A stretch of DNA of 62,342 nucleotides, counting the filler, from Sphacelaria rigidula (taxonomy: Eukaryota): assembly GCA_964200075.2 (NCBI GenBank). It is 8 parts of 8 records of this genome, joined end to end, with 100 filler letters (N's around TTAATTAATTAA, not from the genome) between each part and the next. Parts side by side here need not be neighbours in the genome. Positions count along the whole stretch, not along the records: positions 46,834 to 54,538 come from CAXNAA020013733.1; positions 54,639 to 62,342 come from CAXNAA020013734.1; 6 more parts are not named here. One strand, written 5' to 3'. A model generated the notes under the pieces. It was not told where the DNA came from and did no database searches. It saw only the letters and a list, made by a program, of their open reading frames with translations. Shown piece by piece: positions 50,296-61,776 of this stretch (positions are counted from its first letter, which is position 1; each line of letters starts with the position of its first letter). Made by a program: the position numbers and the translations under genes.

Positions 50296-51720
50296 GTTCT
50301 CTATGACTCAAAACATCATGGATAGACTCTTGCCTTACTTGAGCGTCCCTCCAGCGGAGTGTGTTCCTCCAAACGCTGTGCGCTGTAAGCTGTCTTCCGT
50401 CTGCGGGCTGGACTGACTCTATGCTGCAGCCCAATCCCTCCTCAGCCAAGACTCCTCTAACAGAGTGCCGAACGAATAATATCTAGATATTATAGCCTCT
50501 GCCAGACGATCTGGACAAGATGGCTATTCAGTGAGGGGCTTCTCCAGAATCCATTGGCCTCACGCTCGATAAGAACTTCTCTTAGAGCTTCCATTCACGA
50601 AGTAAGCAGCTGCGGCCTGTACCTGCAGACATAGGCTACACAGCAAGGGTCATCTGTGATATGATGTGACTGCAGGACGTAGCCATGATCTTGGGCAAAG
50701 GTGACCTTGAATGATGGACTTTTTCATATTCAAATAGCGGAGAACTGACTGCCCCTTGAGTTGACGTCTACGGAGAGCATGTATTTGAATTCGAAAAAAA
50801 AGGTAGAAGTGACCCAACCATGGCATGAATTGAGGAACCCGGCTCTTGGGTTTTATGGTATGACCTCAGTTTATGATGATTAGTGGCGGCGAAATACCTT
50901 TGAAGCTGTAAACAGCCCCTACGACCTTCACTCTCTTTTCATTCCCGGTTTTTGGCTGCGATTCAACAGTTCCCCATTGGAGTATCTACAAACCGGAGGA
51001 AAGTGAGTCCCAGAGATAAGAGCGGTAGTCGGGCTGCTGTTTTGTCTGGTGTGTTTTAGTGATTAAGGCTTCGGCTTGTTTCGGTTTGTGTTGTATTTGT
51101 GTTCTGTAGCTGAAGCTGTAGATGAAGCTCGGATACAATCAATATTGTGAAACAAAAACGATGCTACTCTCGTCTGTGATTGCTTGTTGTCTCTTTGTGT
51201 GAAATACATGAGAGCGACTGTGGTCAGCCCGCGCTGCTGAGCTGAGTAAACAAACAACGTACACTGAGGTCTGAACCTGGAACAATCGTGAACACCATTC
51301 CACCCTTCTCAAGGTGCTTCACCCCTTATCTCATCACGTATCATCTACAGGATGCCCTTGTCCCCTGGTCATCATCCAGGATCCTACATGCTACATTTAC
51401 TACGCCTTGGTGTATTTTGGCTACAACCCCAAAATAAAAGGACGTAACTAGTAAATTACAAATAATAATAATGTATGAATATATAGTTCACTGTGAAGGG
51501 AGGAATCAAACGCAGCGAAACGCTACAGTAGTTGAAGGGTGGAAAAGACAAAATGATCAAGGCGTGACCCTTGCATATAATGTCTTATACAATTACGGAT
51601 GGCCAGGTGGAGCAGGCGGAGAGCCTCCTGCGGAAGTATCTGCAGACGCAATCTCTTACCTGATGTAAGTAGTATGTTTTGTGCGAGCTGACGTTTCAAT
51701 AAGGGTAATGTTATTTCTAA

Positions 51721-52460
51721 GTCGCGACTTGGAAATAGTTATGCCCACCTCCAGCTGCGATTTCACCACCCGCCTGCGTGCGTCTCATGTGCCTTGCATC
51801 GACACCACAACACCCGGAATACACTCCCACAGCCCGTAGCCATCGTTCAAGCCATCGCGCGGTGCAAATAGCCTCGTAGCGATCGAGAAACGCGCCTGCT
51901 GCACAGTCCCAAAAGACACCGCCAACCGACCGGAGGTGGGCATAAGCTATATCCAAGTCGCGAGTTAGACATAGCTTATACCCACCTCCAGTGATTGGAA
52001 TACCTGTCCCCGCCCATCCCATGTGCCTTGCATCGACACCACAGCACCTGATTTACAGTCACACAGTCCGTAGCCACCATTCAAGCCATCGCACGGTGCA
52101 AGCGGCCTTGTAGCGGTAGAGAAACGCGCCTGCTATAGAGTGCCGAAAAATATCGCCCCCGACTGATGGTGGACATGAGCTATCATGTCTAGGCCGCGAG
52201 TTGGACACAGCTTATGTCCACCTCCAGCGAGTGGAATACCTGTCCGCGCTCGTCCCATGTGAATAGTATCGGCACCACAGCAGCTAGCTGTAATACACTC
52301 ACACAGTCCGTAGTCATCGTTCAAGCCATCGTGCGGTGCAAACGGTGTCGTAGCGGACGAGAAACGCGCCTGCTACACACAGTGTCCAAAGAAATATCGC
52401 CGACCGACTGAAGATGAAAATAGGCCATGTCCAAAACACGACTTGGCGACTTGGACATTG
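51721..52460. repeat. Tandem array of ~236-bp units (three units plus the start of a fourth)
   Basis: Units begin g(t/c)cgcga.tt.ga.a.ag(c)ttat..ccacctccag at ~51721, ~51957 and ~52192. Shared ttcaagccatcg and gagaaacgcgcctgct. Confidence 0.85.
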
Positions 52461-52476
52461 TCGAAAGTGTGGCTGT

Positions 52477-52922
52477 AAATACGGGATCTTACAAGTTGGG
52501 GATGGATCTTTTATTGGGGATGAGAAACCCGGAGAACAAAAATCTTCGTATCGGCACCAAATCTTCGGAATATGGTGCGATATCTTCACCTACTGGTAAC
52601 TATTGACAACTACTACACGCCATAGAAATTTGGATTTCGATCACCGAAATGTTGGGGCCCTAGTTTAAAAACCAGTTTCGGAACCATTTCGGCGTCTGTT
52701 CAGACACCCGGAATTCCCCAAAATTAGTTTTTCACCTAGGACCCCAACATTTTGGTGATCGAAATTCAAATTTCTATGGCATGTAGCAGTTGTCGATAGC
52801 TATCAATAGGGGAAGATATTGAACCATATTCCGAAGATTTGGTGCGGATACGAAGATTTTAATTCTCCGGCTTTCTCATCCCAAATAAAAGATCAATCTC
52901 CAACTTGTAAGATCCCGTATTT
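52477..52922. mobile_element. 446-bp foldback element (Mutator-like MITE candidate)
   Basis: AAATACGGGATCTTACAAGTTGG...CCAACTTGTAAGATCCCGTATTT with ~200-bp arms. Flanks share GTGGCT (gtggctgt/gtggcttg). Confidence 0.85.
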
Positions 52923-53231
52923 GTGGCTTGTGTATAATACACAACGTTCGACTGTCAATTCTACAGGAACACGGTTCACCACGTGAACCCAGCTCTGACA
53001 AGAGAGCTCGCAGGCTGCACAGTGTTGTTAAACACTTGCAACAATGTTTTCGTGAGGTTGAGAATCTACGATACGATTGAGAGCAGGGGTTTTATGGCTT
53101 TCAGCGGCGGGGAGTGTCTGCATCATTAATGGACAAAACGCTTACCTCGCACATTGGTGCAAAATCCTGCCGGCAAACCTAACAGTGTTTCCGTGAAATC
53201 GAGCGTTGAAAGTACGATTGAGAGGGAGGTT

Positions 53232-54538
53232 TTATTCATAACATGTCTCGCTGCGCCGGTTCCGATGATGAGACGAAACGTTTACAGGTGTAGCATGTTG
53301 GAACATTCCTGCCACACGTTGCCTGAATGGAATGGCAGAATAATGTTGGACAATGTTGCGCGCTGGCCCACAGGCGCGCATTTGTGGAAGAATGCACCGT
53401 TCAAGAGGTCGCCAAAGTAGTGAGTCGTGCGGTTCGAGTAAAAGATACGATTTAGCCAGGTTGTGCCCGAATTCATTCGCAAATGCAGTTGATGCCACCA
53501 TTCGTCGTGTGGACTTGGGACTCGTGGATATTTTGAAATCACTTTTCTGTTCAAAAATTTCGCTGCAGTTTTCGTCGTTGTTTTTGAAAGCGCAAGTCAT
53601 CGCGTGTGATATGACTGCTGATATCCCGCCTTTTCGTGCCGAGAAAAGTCGCAAAACGTGGTGGGACCCTGGATTCTGTTCCATCATCTCACCCTCGATG
53701 GCAGCGGATCATAACAAATTCTCTTACACGAAGCCAATGGAGCGCCCCCCGTCTATGAGCTGCAGCAAATCGATTTTGCCAGGGACTCTCGCCAACCGCA
53801 TCGGATTTCCGAAAATGCACTCGAAACATGTGCCGACGGACCCATTAAGAATAGCTCATAAGCCATCAACACGGGAAAACAAATACTACCACATCAGCAA
53901 ATTGGCTGCAAAACACCGGGAGCACTTGGAACTGGCTGACCAAAAACAAAATGTCGTGCTGTGCTGAACAGCAATCAACGGTACAACGAACACCGGACGC
54001 TGGGTCTCGGTAGACTCCAAGACCACTGCTCCTGCTCCACCTCTACCCCATCCGTGCTCTCCTCCTTGAGGGACAGTACGTGGCCTACACAAATCGCCGA
54101 CTCTGCGCAATTTGATGTCACGCCGAGCGTCGACACTTGAAAGGGATGCGTCTTGCACGTCTTCTGCATGATCCTGCGGAAATGATTGATTGGGGGCAGC
54201 GGCGAAGGGTACGGGTGATCGCAAGAGTTGATGGGGGAGGTTACAGCCGATAAATCGGGCGCTCCAGTACAGCTGGGCGAATTTCAACAACCTCAAATTA
54301 GAAACTGGCGCAAACAGGACGTCCTTTTGTCCCGTGTGGGGACGATGCTTCCAAACGTGTTCATTTACTTGGCACCACGCGAGGACGATACCGACACATT
54401 CAACACTAGGCGGGTACTCACGATCGAAAAGACTTCGATTCATCATGCCGAGCAGCTGGGCACTCTCGACTCCGGCGACATTAGACACGACATCCTCCAA
54501 GGCCTTGTCGAGCTCGATCGTGTCTCCGTCGGGGAGGT
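53232..54538 (-). pseudogene. Unidentified coding-like region with in-frame stops, 5'-truncated by block end
   Basis: Long minus-strand frames 53886-54500 and 53232-53687. No confident family assignment. Confidence 0.3.
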
Positions 54539-55143
54539 NNNNNNNNNNNNNNNNNNNNNNNNNNNNNNNNNNNNNNNNNNNNTTAATTAATTAANNNNNN
54601 NNNNNNNNNNNNNNNNNNNNNNNNNNNNNNNNNNNNNNGTATGAACCCCAAAATATAAAATCGGCTGTTAGTCGGTGAATTGCGCTAAAAAAGTATGCAC
54701 GCGATCGAGGGGCATTAGGCCGACAAAAACGTCATTAGGCACCATCGCTCAAAGTGTGAGGAAAGCACTGTTGCTTTAGGCTTGAACCTCACCTCGGAGT
54801 TAAACCTTAATAATTCGCACCATTCGTTGTTACACAGTATCGTTGCTAATGACAGTCTACGATACCACTCCGAGCAAAAAAAGCCCAAAACTGTTGAGCA
54901 GAAATCGGTCATACAGCGCCTGGTGTATGTTTTCAGGCCGCATGAAGCGTTTCATATGGGCGACATTGGCGGAAACGAACCCGAAGCGTAGGAATTCCCA
55001 GCTGCTCGCTATGCTCGGCTTTTTTCATTTCGATTCACGTGTAGATTTTGTTTCCCCAAACCAGCCACTTTGGGGGGGAGGGGGGTATCGTAGAAAACTC
55101 GAAGATCAAAGATCAATCATATTTTCAGGAGAATAAAGGTGCC

Positions 55144-55468
55144 GGTCGCCTTGGTGGCCACAGTTGGTGACCTCGAAAGTTTTCGACGGACAGTTGAAAC
55201 GTGGATTCGAATCTCGGTGAAGTCACACGATGTGGGATCTTTGTATCACATCATGCCCTAGACATTGAACAGTGACTGTGTCGTGAGTAAACAAATTCGA
55301 CCTCACGGTCGACGAGGGAAAGGGACCGCCGAACCCTTCTTCTCGCGATGAAAATAACGGCAAGCACCGCAGAAGGAGGGTGGAGACCAAACAAGACAAG
55401 AAAAGCTCGTCGTATTGTGTATGGCCTTCCTCCTGTTGTGTGAGTTCCGCCGATGCGCCCACATATAA
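55144..55468 (+). mobile_element. tRNA-derived SINE, older copy lacking the tail
   Basis: ggtcgcc.tggtggc..cagttggt (A box) ... ggattcgaatct (B box). Body aligns with the reverse complement of 55780-56081. Confidence 0.8.
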
Positions 55469-55708
55469 CGAACTTGAAAGGCATGCTATTAATAACTTCT
55501 GATTGAGAGTGGGCTTTTATAAGGACCACGTTGCGTTCATGTCTTCTCACTAACGAATAAAACACTGAAGACTAATTAAAGAGAACGATCTGTCGAACTA
55601 ATCAAAAGAAGAGAAATGCGCATATCAATCATCGAAACTTTCGTCCCTTGATTGCGCTGGTGTGCGTTGAGCAGGTTATGATTATTACACGTCGCACATA
55701 GTGTCATG

Positions 55709-56081
55709 TGTGTGTGTGTGTGTGTGTGTTGTGTTGTTGTCCCATCTATTCTGGACGCCAGTTTACTACACCTTTCGGTATATGTGGGCGCATCAGCCGG
55801 GGTCACACAGGAGGAAGGTTAACACAGGAGATCTTGTTTGTTTTTAGTGCTCCACCTTCCTTCTGCAGTGTTTGCCTTTTCTTCTTTTTTTATCGCGAGA
55901 GGAGTTCAGCAATCCCTTTTCCTCGTCGACCGTGAAGTCGATTTTTGTGTACCCACGACATAGTCGCTCTCCACTGTTGGGCATGGTATGAGAAAAAATC
56001 CCAGATCGCTCCGAGATTTGAACCCACGACACAACCGTCAGAAGGCTCCGAGGTTACCACCCGAGCTACCGGGGCGACCGG
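55709..56081 (-). mobile_element. tRNA-derived SINE, full length
   Basis: Minus strand starts ccggtcgccccGGTAGCTCGGGTGG (A box) ... GGGTTCAAATCT (B box) and ends in a (CA)n tail. Perfect 10-bp TSD TAGTGTCATG at 55699-55708 and 56082-56091. Confidence 0.92.
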
Positions 56082-59000
56082 TAGTGTCATGCATCCCAAA
56101 AATGTTTCCCGATCGATACGTTGAATGACAGTGTAGGATATTGACCCGTCGCGATTCGAAAAAATCGTATATCGGCGTTTTCGTGCTTGCGGATTACACA
56201 TAAACGACCAACTCTTCGGAATGTCAACGTTTTGACCGCCAGGGTTTGCAATCTGGGCCACATAGTAAATTGTCAAGTGAAGATGATGCCGATTCCACAC
56301 ACGGTTTAAACCCTCACAATCAAAAGACATACTCTCAATCTGGTGAAAACGTTGTTGTCTCAATCTTACGAAAACCCTGTTCATTGTCCAGTTTTCTGAG
56401 AATCGGTTTCACATGGGAGAGCATCAAGGGGCAACGCACTCCATTTTTTTCTCTCTTGCTTTCTTCTTTTATGAATTCTCCCACCACCCGAATCACTGTA
56501 CTTACAGTAAAATAACAATCCTACATAGTAAGTAAATATACGCTCCTGCCACACACGCGCTAAAAGAACCAACTTCTACAAGTGTACCATCCATTCCGCC
56601 CTTCTTTCAATACCATTTCCCCTCGAAAACGGTACCGCGAAGAGTAAGGGGAAGACAACACAGGCTACTGCAGCAGTAGAACTCTACACACCGTAGCGGA
56701 AGACACTCGATCGAGACTACGGGAAAATGTGATTAGTAAGGGGCAAAACTGAAGCCAAAAGCTACCTACATACTACTACCGGAATGATTCAGCGTTTCAA
56801 CAACAAAAAATACCACCTCTTACACTAGAAAATCACGCCGATAATAGATAAATCACAAAACGAAAGACAACAATCAAACTACGAGAGCCTAAACATTTAA
56901 AAAAAACGGTGAAATGAATAGTCTACAAAAATCGTCCAAACCCGGCGGTCGATCGGAAGGGAGGGGAGCGGGGGAGGGTAGTGGATCGTCCCACTACTCT
57001 TGAACTTGACAGGTTTTATCCTGCAAGAGGGAGGACAGTAACCGACCTGAACGATCTCGGATACAACCGACACGCATACACACCCATTGCCGCGTTTTAT
57101 ACAAAAATAAGCACCCCAACGATCAGGGATGAAGAGGAGAAAAACCATCGATCGCTACTCCGCGTTTTTCCCGGTACTCCTCTCGGCAGGCAGCAACAAC
57201 GTCGTGCTATCGACATGTCGTGATTCTGGTCAACACGGTATGCTTGCAGTAGCAGCGGCGGTAGTAGTCTTTGTCGTAGTTGGACGTTCTGGATAGAGGA
57301 TCGAAAAAATAGAATGAAACAGATGGAACGAACCAAACGCTCATTCCTCGTACAGACCGAACCAAACCGAAATGAAGTAAAATTTCGTTATCACGTTCTT
57401 GAAAAAAACAAAATTACATGTTCGCCGAACCGCGCTTCTTTGCTTTTCTAGAGCTTATCGTTTGATGATCACGAAAACGTCCTACCATCTCATCTCTGAT
57501 GACATCATCAACGCAGCTGTGCCTGGGGAAAATGTGAGGGGACCGAAGAAAGCAAGCGTCCTCTCTCTCTCTCTTCCCCCCCACCCCCCCCCCCGGTCCC
57601 GTCCCCGCCCCGTCCTTAAAACCAGCGCAAGGTAAAAAAAAGACAGTGACGGGGACCACAATCGTGTCGCAACAACAGCCCATCGCACCAAGTTAAGCCT
57701 GTCCAGCACCGGACCCGTTAATTCTGTTCTGCTCATTCATCATCACCTCGCAAACCTGGCGACGAAAACACCGAAGACGGTGGGACACAAAATCACGCCG
57801 AAGCAAACATCACACCAGTAACAACCGCAAATCCCGAAAAAGTGAGGGTAGCGGGAGATATGAACACACCGAGCCCAGGAACTGTATCGATCTATATCCC
57901 CGCTGGTGCGTAAACGCCTCTTTTTCGTGAGTACGTCTAGACGGCCCGGCCCGCCTTCGCCTTGCGCTCTTTTTATCCATGTACCGTAAATTGTCTCAAT
58001 CAAGGCAGGATAAAAACGACGGATTCCTGCACTACTGCTACTACTGTAGCTGACCGTTGCCGCTACCTGTTTTCTCCGTCTCTCTTTCATGTCTAAAATG
58101 TCTGCCGTTGTGGCTTCACGACTGCAAGGTCGCATACTAGCCCGGTCATTGGACACGAAATATGACGGCAAGACCAGGAGTGAGGCAACAAAATTTCGGA
58201 ATACATTGCAAAATCTACACTTCTCTCACAGCATACAATGAGAAGGTCCCGCCTTTGTTGCCTTGTGCTAACACTATTACTACAGTAGCACACGCACCTA
58301 CTGCTGCGAAGTTTCTTCTTCTCCTCTTGCCCGCTGACTTTATGAAAAATTTAAGAAAACGACTTCTGCAGTGTACTATATTTTGGACTTCGCACGTGTA
58401 CAACCCCGACAAGAACCTTCTCAGCATTCTTATGGGTGATGTTCGTACATGAAAGACAACGAACACAAAACACGGAATGGCGGATGGGCGTATTTAGGGA
58501 TCGACAGCTACTTTTCGAGGTCAGGCAGTACAGGAAACACTTTCCACGGAACAACGCACTCAACACACAAGAGACACGGAGCAGCAACAGCAACAGGAAT
58601 GGCATCAGCGGATGCTTTTGGAACAGAAGCACAACTTCAACTCAGACTCCCTTCGAAGGCTTACCAATGCACGAACAGCACCAACATTCCAATCGAGGGC
58701 GTCAGAGCACAACAGAAGAGGGGGAAAAAACGCAGAATATACACACTTAGTAGTTCGTGGCAAGTGATGAAATTTTAGGCCCATGGTGTGAACTACATAC
58801 GTCGACTTGTTGGCATTTTGTGCTGTGCACAAATCAGGCGATAGAGAGGGAGAGAGACAGAGAGAGACAGAGAGAGAGAGGACGTTTTCCTTTGGGGAAT
58901 TTTGCCAAGAACATCAACTCGGCTGCTGCACTACAGTTGCCCCTGCTCCCTCCCCTTACCCCTGTTCTTGATACTACTGCCAACACAAATCCACACCGCA

Positions 59001-59091
59001 TTGGGGGCAACGAACACATTCCTCAACACCGAGCTTACCGGCGTAATTATGCATGAGGTACAGCCACGAGCTGAGCGCGAGGCGGGATGGG

Positions 59092-59130
<39 letters not shown>

Positions 59131-59573
59131 CATACGACACACACGCTAAATGCAATCTCGGTAACACTATCAAGTCTGCGTCTATAACGACAGCCCTTGT
59201 CCCACACTAGGGGGGCGGCGGGTGGAAAGCACGCTAGATACAATTCACACCACACGTACATACTGAACCGCTACATACAACGAGAAAAAAAAATGTGCTA
59301 CACAGGTTCTCTACTTGCCTCCGCTTCTACGACAACGAAAAATAAACAAGATCAGTCACAGTAAAAGCAGTCCATCAGTAAAACCTCCTCAACATTCCCA
59401 CCCGTTTTCTGCAGATCACCATACCACCACGTTCCTCATCGATCGAGCATTGATTCCCCCTCCCTCACCCCTCGCCCGTCAAACGTCCCTCAACTCCTCC
59501 TTCTCTTCCTCCTCCTCTGCTGTCGCCAATCATACGACCACGACAGCAACCATCTCAGGCAAGAAAACAAATA

Positions 59574-60212
59574 TCAATACGGCGGCATGGGTCGCCTCCC
59601 ATGCGTCCCCGGTGGCCCCGCCGGCGGCCCGCCATGATGACCAACCATGGCCATTCCCAGTGGTACCATTCCCACATGAGGATGGTGGTGTAAGGCCTGA
59701 TGGTGCTGAGCGTGCATGACCATGGTCATCCCATGACCATGACCGCCCGCATGAGGATGCCCCACCGCATGTGGACCAAGCCCTGCACCATCCGCCCCCA
59801 CCATCCCACCGCCCATGGAAATCCCGCCGTGAGTAGTCGCCAAGGGAATGCCCCCTGCACCCCCGCCGACGCCGCCCCTTCCGCCGGCGCCAGGTGCTAT
59901 TGGCCCCCCCGCTCGACCCCCCTGCAAAACAGAGCCGTTAACCCCTCCAGCGCCTGCACCACCGGCGCCGCTGGCGGTGCGATCGGCCCCTGCCCCGGCG
60001 CTGCCGGGGGTGCTCCTTGAAGACGTGGCTCGACCGAAAATGTCGACGAAGGCTTCGTCAAGGCAGCGTTTGACGTCAGAAAAAGAGACAACGAGGAGGG
60101 ACCGCTTGTCGCTGCTGGTGAGGAGGATTTTTTCTTCATCGCCGGCGTCGAGGCGGGCCAGCGATTGATAGATGTGCCCGAAGTCCATCACCGGCTCGCC
60201 CTCCGCGTTCAC
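59574..60212 (-). CDS. PAN3: PAN2-PAN3 deadenylase subunit PAN3, terminal exon (knob end plus low-complexity tail)
   Basis: tcag| acceptor at 60213. VNAEGEPVMDFGHIYQSLARLDAGDEEKILLTSSDKRSLLVVSFSDVKRCLDEAF matches the PAN3 C-terminal domain. TGA at 59574. Confidence 0.93.
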   Translation of the reverse strand: MNAEGEPVMDFGHIYQSLARLDAGDEEKILLTSSDKRSLLVVSFSDVKRCLDEAFVDIFGRATSSRSTPGSAGAGADRTASGAGGAGAGGVNGSVLQGGRAGGPIAPGAGGRGGVGGGAGGIPLATTHGGISMGGGMVGADGAGLGPHAVGHPHAGGHGHGMTMVMHAQHHQALHHHPHVGMVPLGMAMVGHHGGPPAGPPGTHGRRPMPPY

Positions 60213-60814
60213 CTGATTTTTGCGTGTGTATGCGTGTGTGTGTGCGTGCGTGCGTGCGTGCTCGCGTTTCTTGTGTGTGTTTCACGTGCTGCCTGTATTT
60301 TTCGATGTGGTGTATGCATTGAAACCACAAAACTGTAGCTAGCGTGCGATAGAGGGGGGGTGTTTGGCAACGTTCTATAACGAGGGTCACCACCCCGAAA
60401 GTTGAAAAAAAACGAAATGAGAAGCAGCGGAGAGGAGGGGAATGGGAGAAAACGCTTCGGCCACGGTTGATCCCACGAAAGATGGAGAGATGTGCAGGGG
60501 GCGTACCCATTTCTTGCCTGCCGTAGTCATTTGGCCATCGACCAAGCATCCCTTCCGAGGGGAGCGGGGGAGCGAGGGGATACACTCTCGCGCCCTTCCT
60601 CGATACTGGCACTGTATCAGCTCAAAACCTTCCGATGCGGCCAGAGAAAAACTATCCGTTCGAGAACGGATGGGTTACCGGACGCATCGAGCGAGAGACA
60701 AAGTGAGATGACATTGGCCAGAATTCCCGCCAATAGTTCAATCCACGCGATGGCCGGTTTGTACTGTATTGAGACAACATTTCAGGCAGAGCAGCGGCGA
60801 AAAGCGATCCGGAC

Positions 60815-61042
60815 CTGGTGAAAGCAGTAATCTCTGAAGAGTTTGAGGATGTATCGCTCCCCTGTTTCCGCCCACTCTCCCCCGCTCTGATCTGGCCGTT
60901 CGTTCAGGGTCCCGAGCTTGAGCAGCAGTCGTAGCATTCGGCCGTTGTCGTACTCGTTGGATAGATGGCACTGCAGCGCGTCGTTGGCCGTGAGCGTGGT
61001 TTCCAGCGCGTCCATGGTGTGGTGGGCTGTGGCCATACAAAC
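60815..61042 (-). CDS. PAN3: PAN3 internal exon (coiled coil / knob)
   Basis: tag| acceptor, |gtccgg donor, 76 codons. NGRMLRLLLKLGTLNERP...WAETGERYILKLFRDYCFHQ is the PAN3 signature. Confidence 0.95.
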
Positions 61043-61593
61043 CTATTAATGTGAAGATTATTATTAAATATATTTTGTGCGAGCAAAACCGAAAACGATC
61101 AAGGTGCAATGCTTAGAAAGCTAATACTACTAATACTAACAATACTACTAATACCAATGCTAATAATTGATCGACTGTTTGATTGTCGCACTTTAACTGA
61201 CCCCCCAGGGGTCCAATAATTATATAAAATGACAAACCAATCAATGATGAAAACACATCGTACTGTCGTCGTTGGCGTACGTAGCTTACATCGATGTTAG
61301 AAGGGTATGTTATCAGAGAGCAGTTGGGTTGAACAGCCGTTCGTTTTGTCTGAAAAACATGCACGTCCTTCTGATTTATCTTTTCCCTCCCCCCCTCCAT
61401 CCTGTGCTCTCGTTCTCCCCGTGCCCACTCCCTCCCAGATAAATCGACGGCACCAGCAGGAGATAAAAAAAAAAGTAACTGTCTCCATGTTGAGCAGAGA
61501 CATAAAACAAGTGGGCCAATTGGCCAGAGCTTTTGAGCAATCCAGGACCTGCACTTCCAAAAAAGGGATCGTCTTTCGCTACAATGCCCTTAC

Positions 61594-61776
61594 CTCGAAC
61601 ACGCTGGGAGGTTTCGTAACCAACGACCCAACCAAATTGTGCAGCTCGTGGGAGTAGTGCTGTGCCAAGAAATTCATCGATTCGGCTTTAGTGCCGGCCG
61701 TAGCGGGGCTGCGACATGCCAAGGACAGAATTAGTGTGCCAAGGTCATGCATATCCTGTTGCTGGAGTTCGGCAAC
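61594..61776 (-). CDS. PAN3: PAN3 internal exon (pseudokinase C-lobe); 5' exons lie outside the window
   Basis: gcag| acceptor, |gtaagg donor, 61 codons. LQQQDMHDLGTLILSLAC...YSHELHNLV. Confidence 0.9.

Larger units (their letters stand above)
46834..51425 (-). mobile_element. Ty3/gypsy LTR retrotransposon (non-autonomous, rearranged); 3' LTR cut by block start
   Basis: 46834-46896 is identical to 51363-51425 (LTR start TGTAGCC on the minus strand). PPT-like CGCTTTGGGGGTGC at 46897-46910. gag knuckle CYNCGDHGHILRSC, protease VFLDSGS, integrase motifs. Inner end of the 5' LTR probably ~50678. Confidence 0.88.

Noticed and set aside
53353-53967. 204-aa plus-strand ORF
   Set aside because: Composition reads as antisense of the minus-strand coding-like region. 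No motif.
56000-56081. tRNA gene
   Set aside because: A and B boxes are present but the cloverleaf is imperfect, and it heads a 370-bp repeat with tail and TSD, so it is a SINE.
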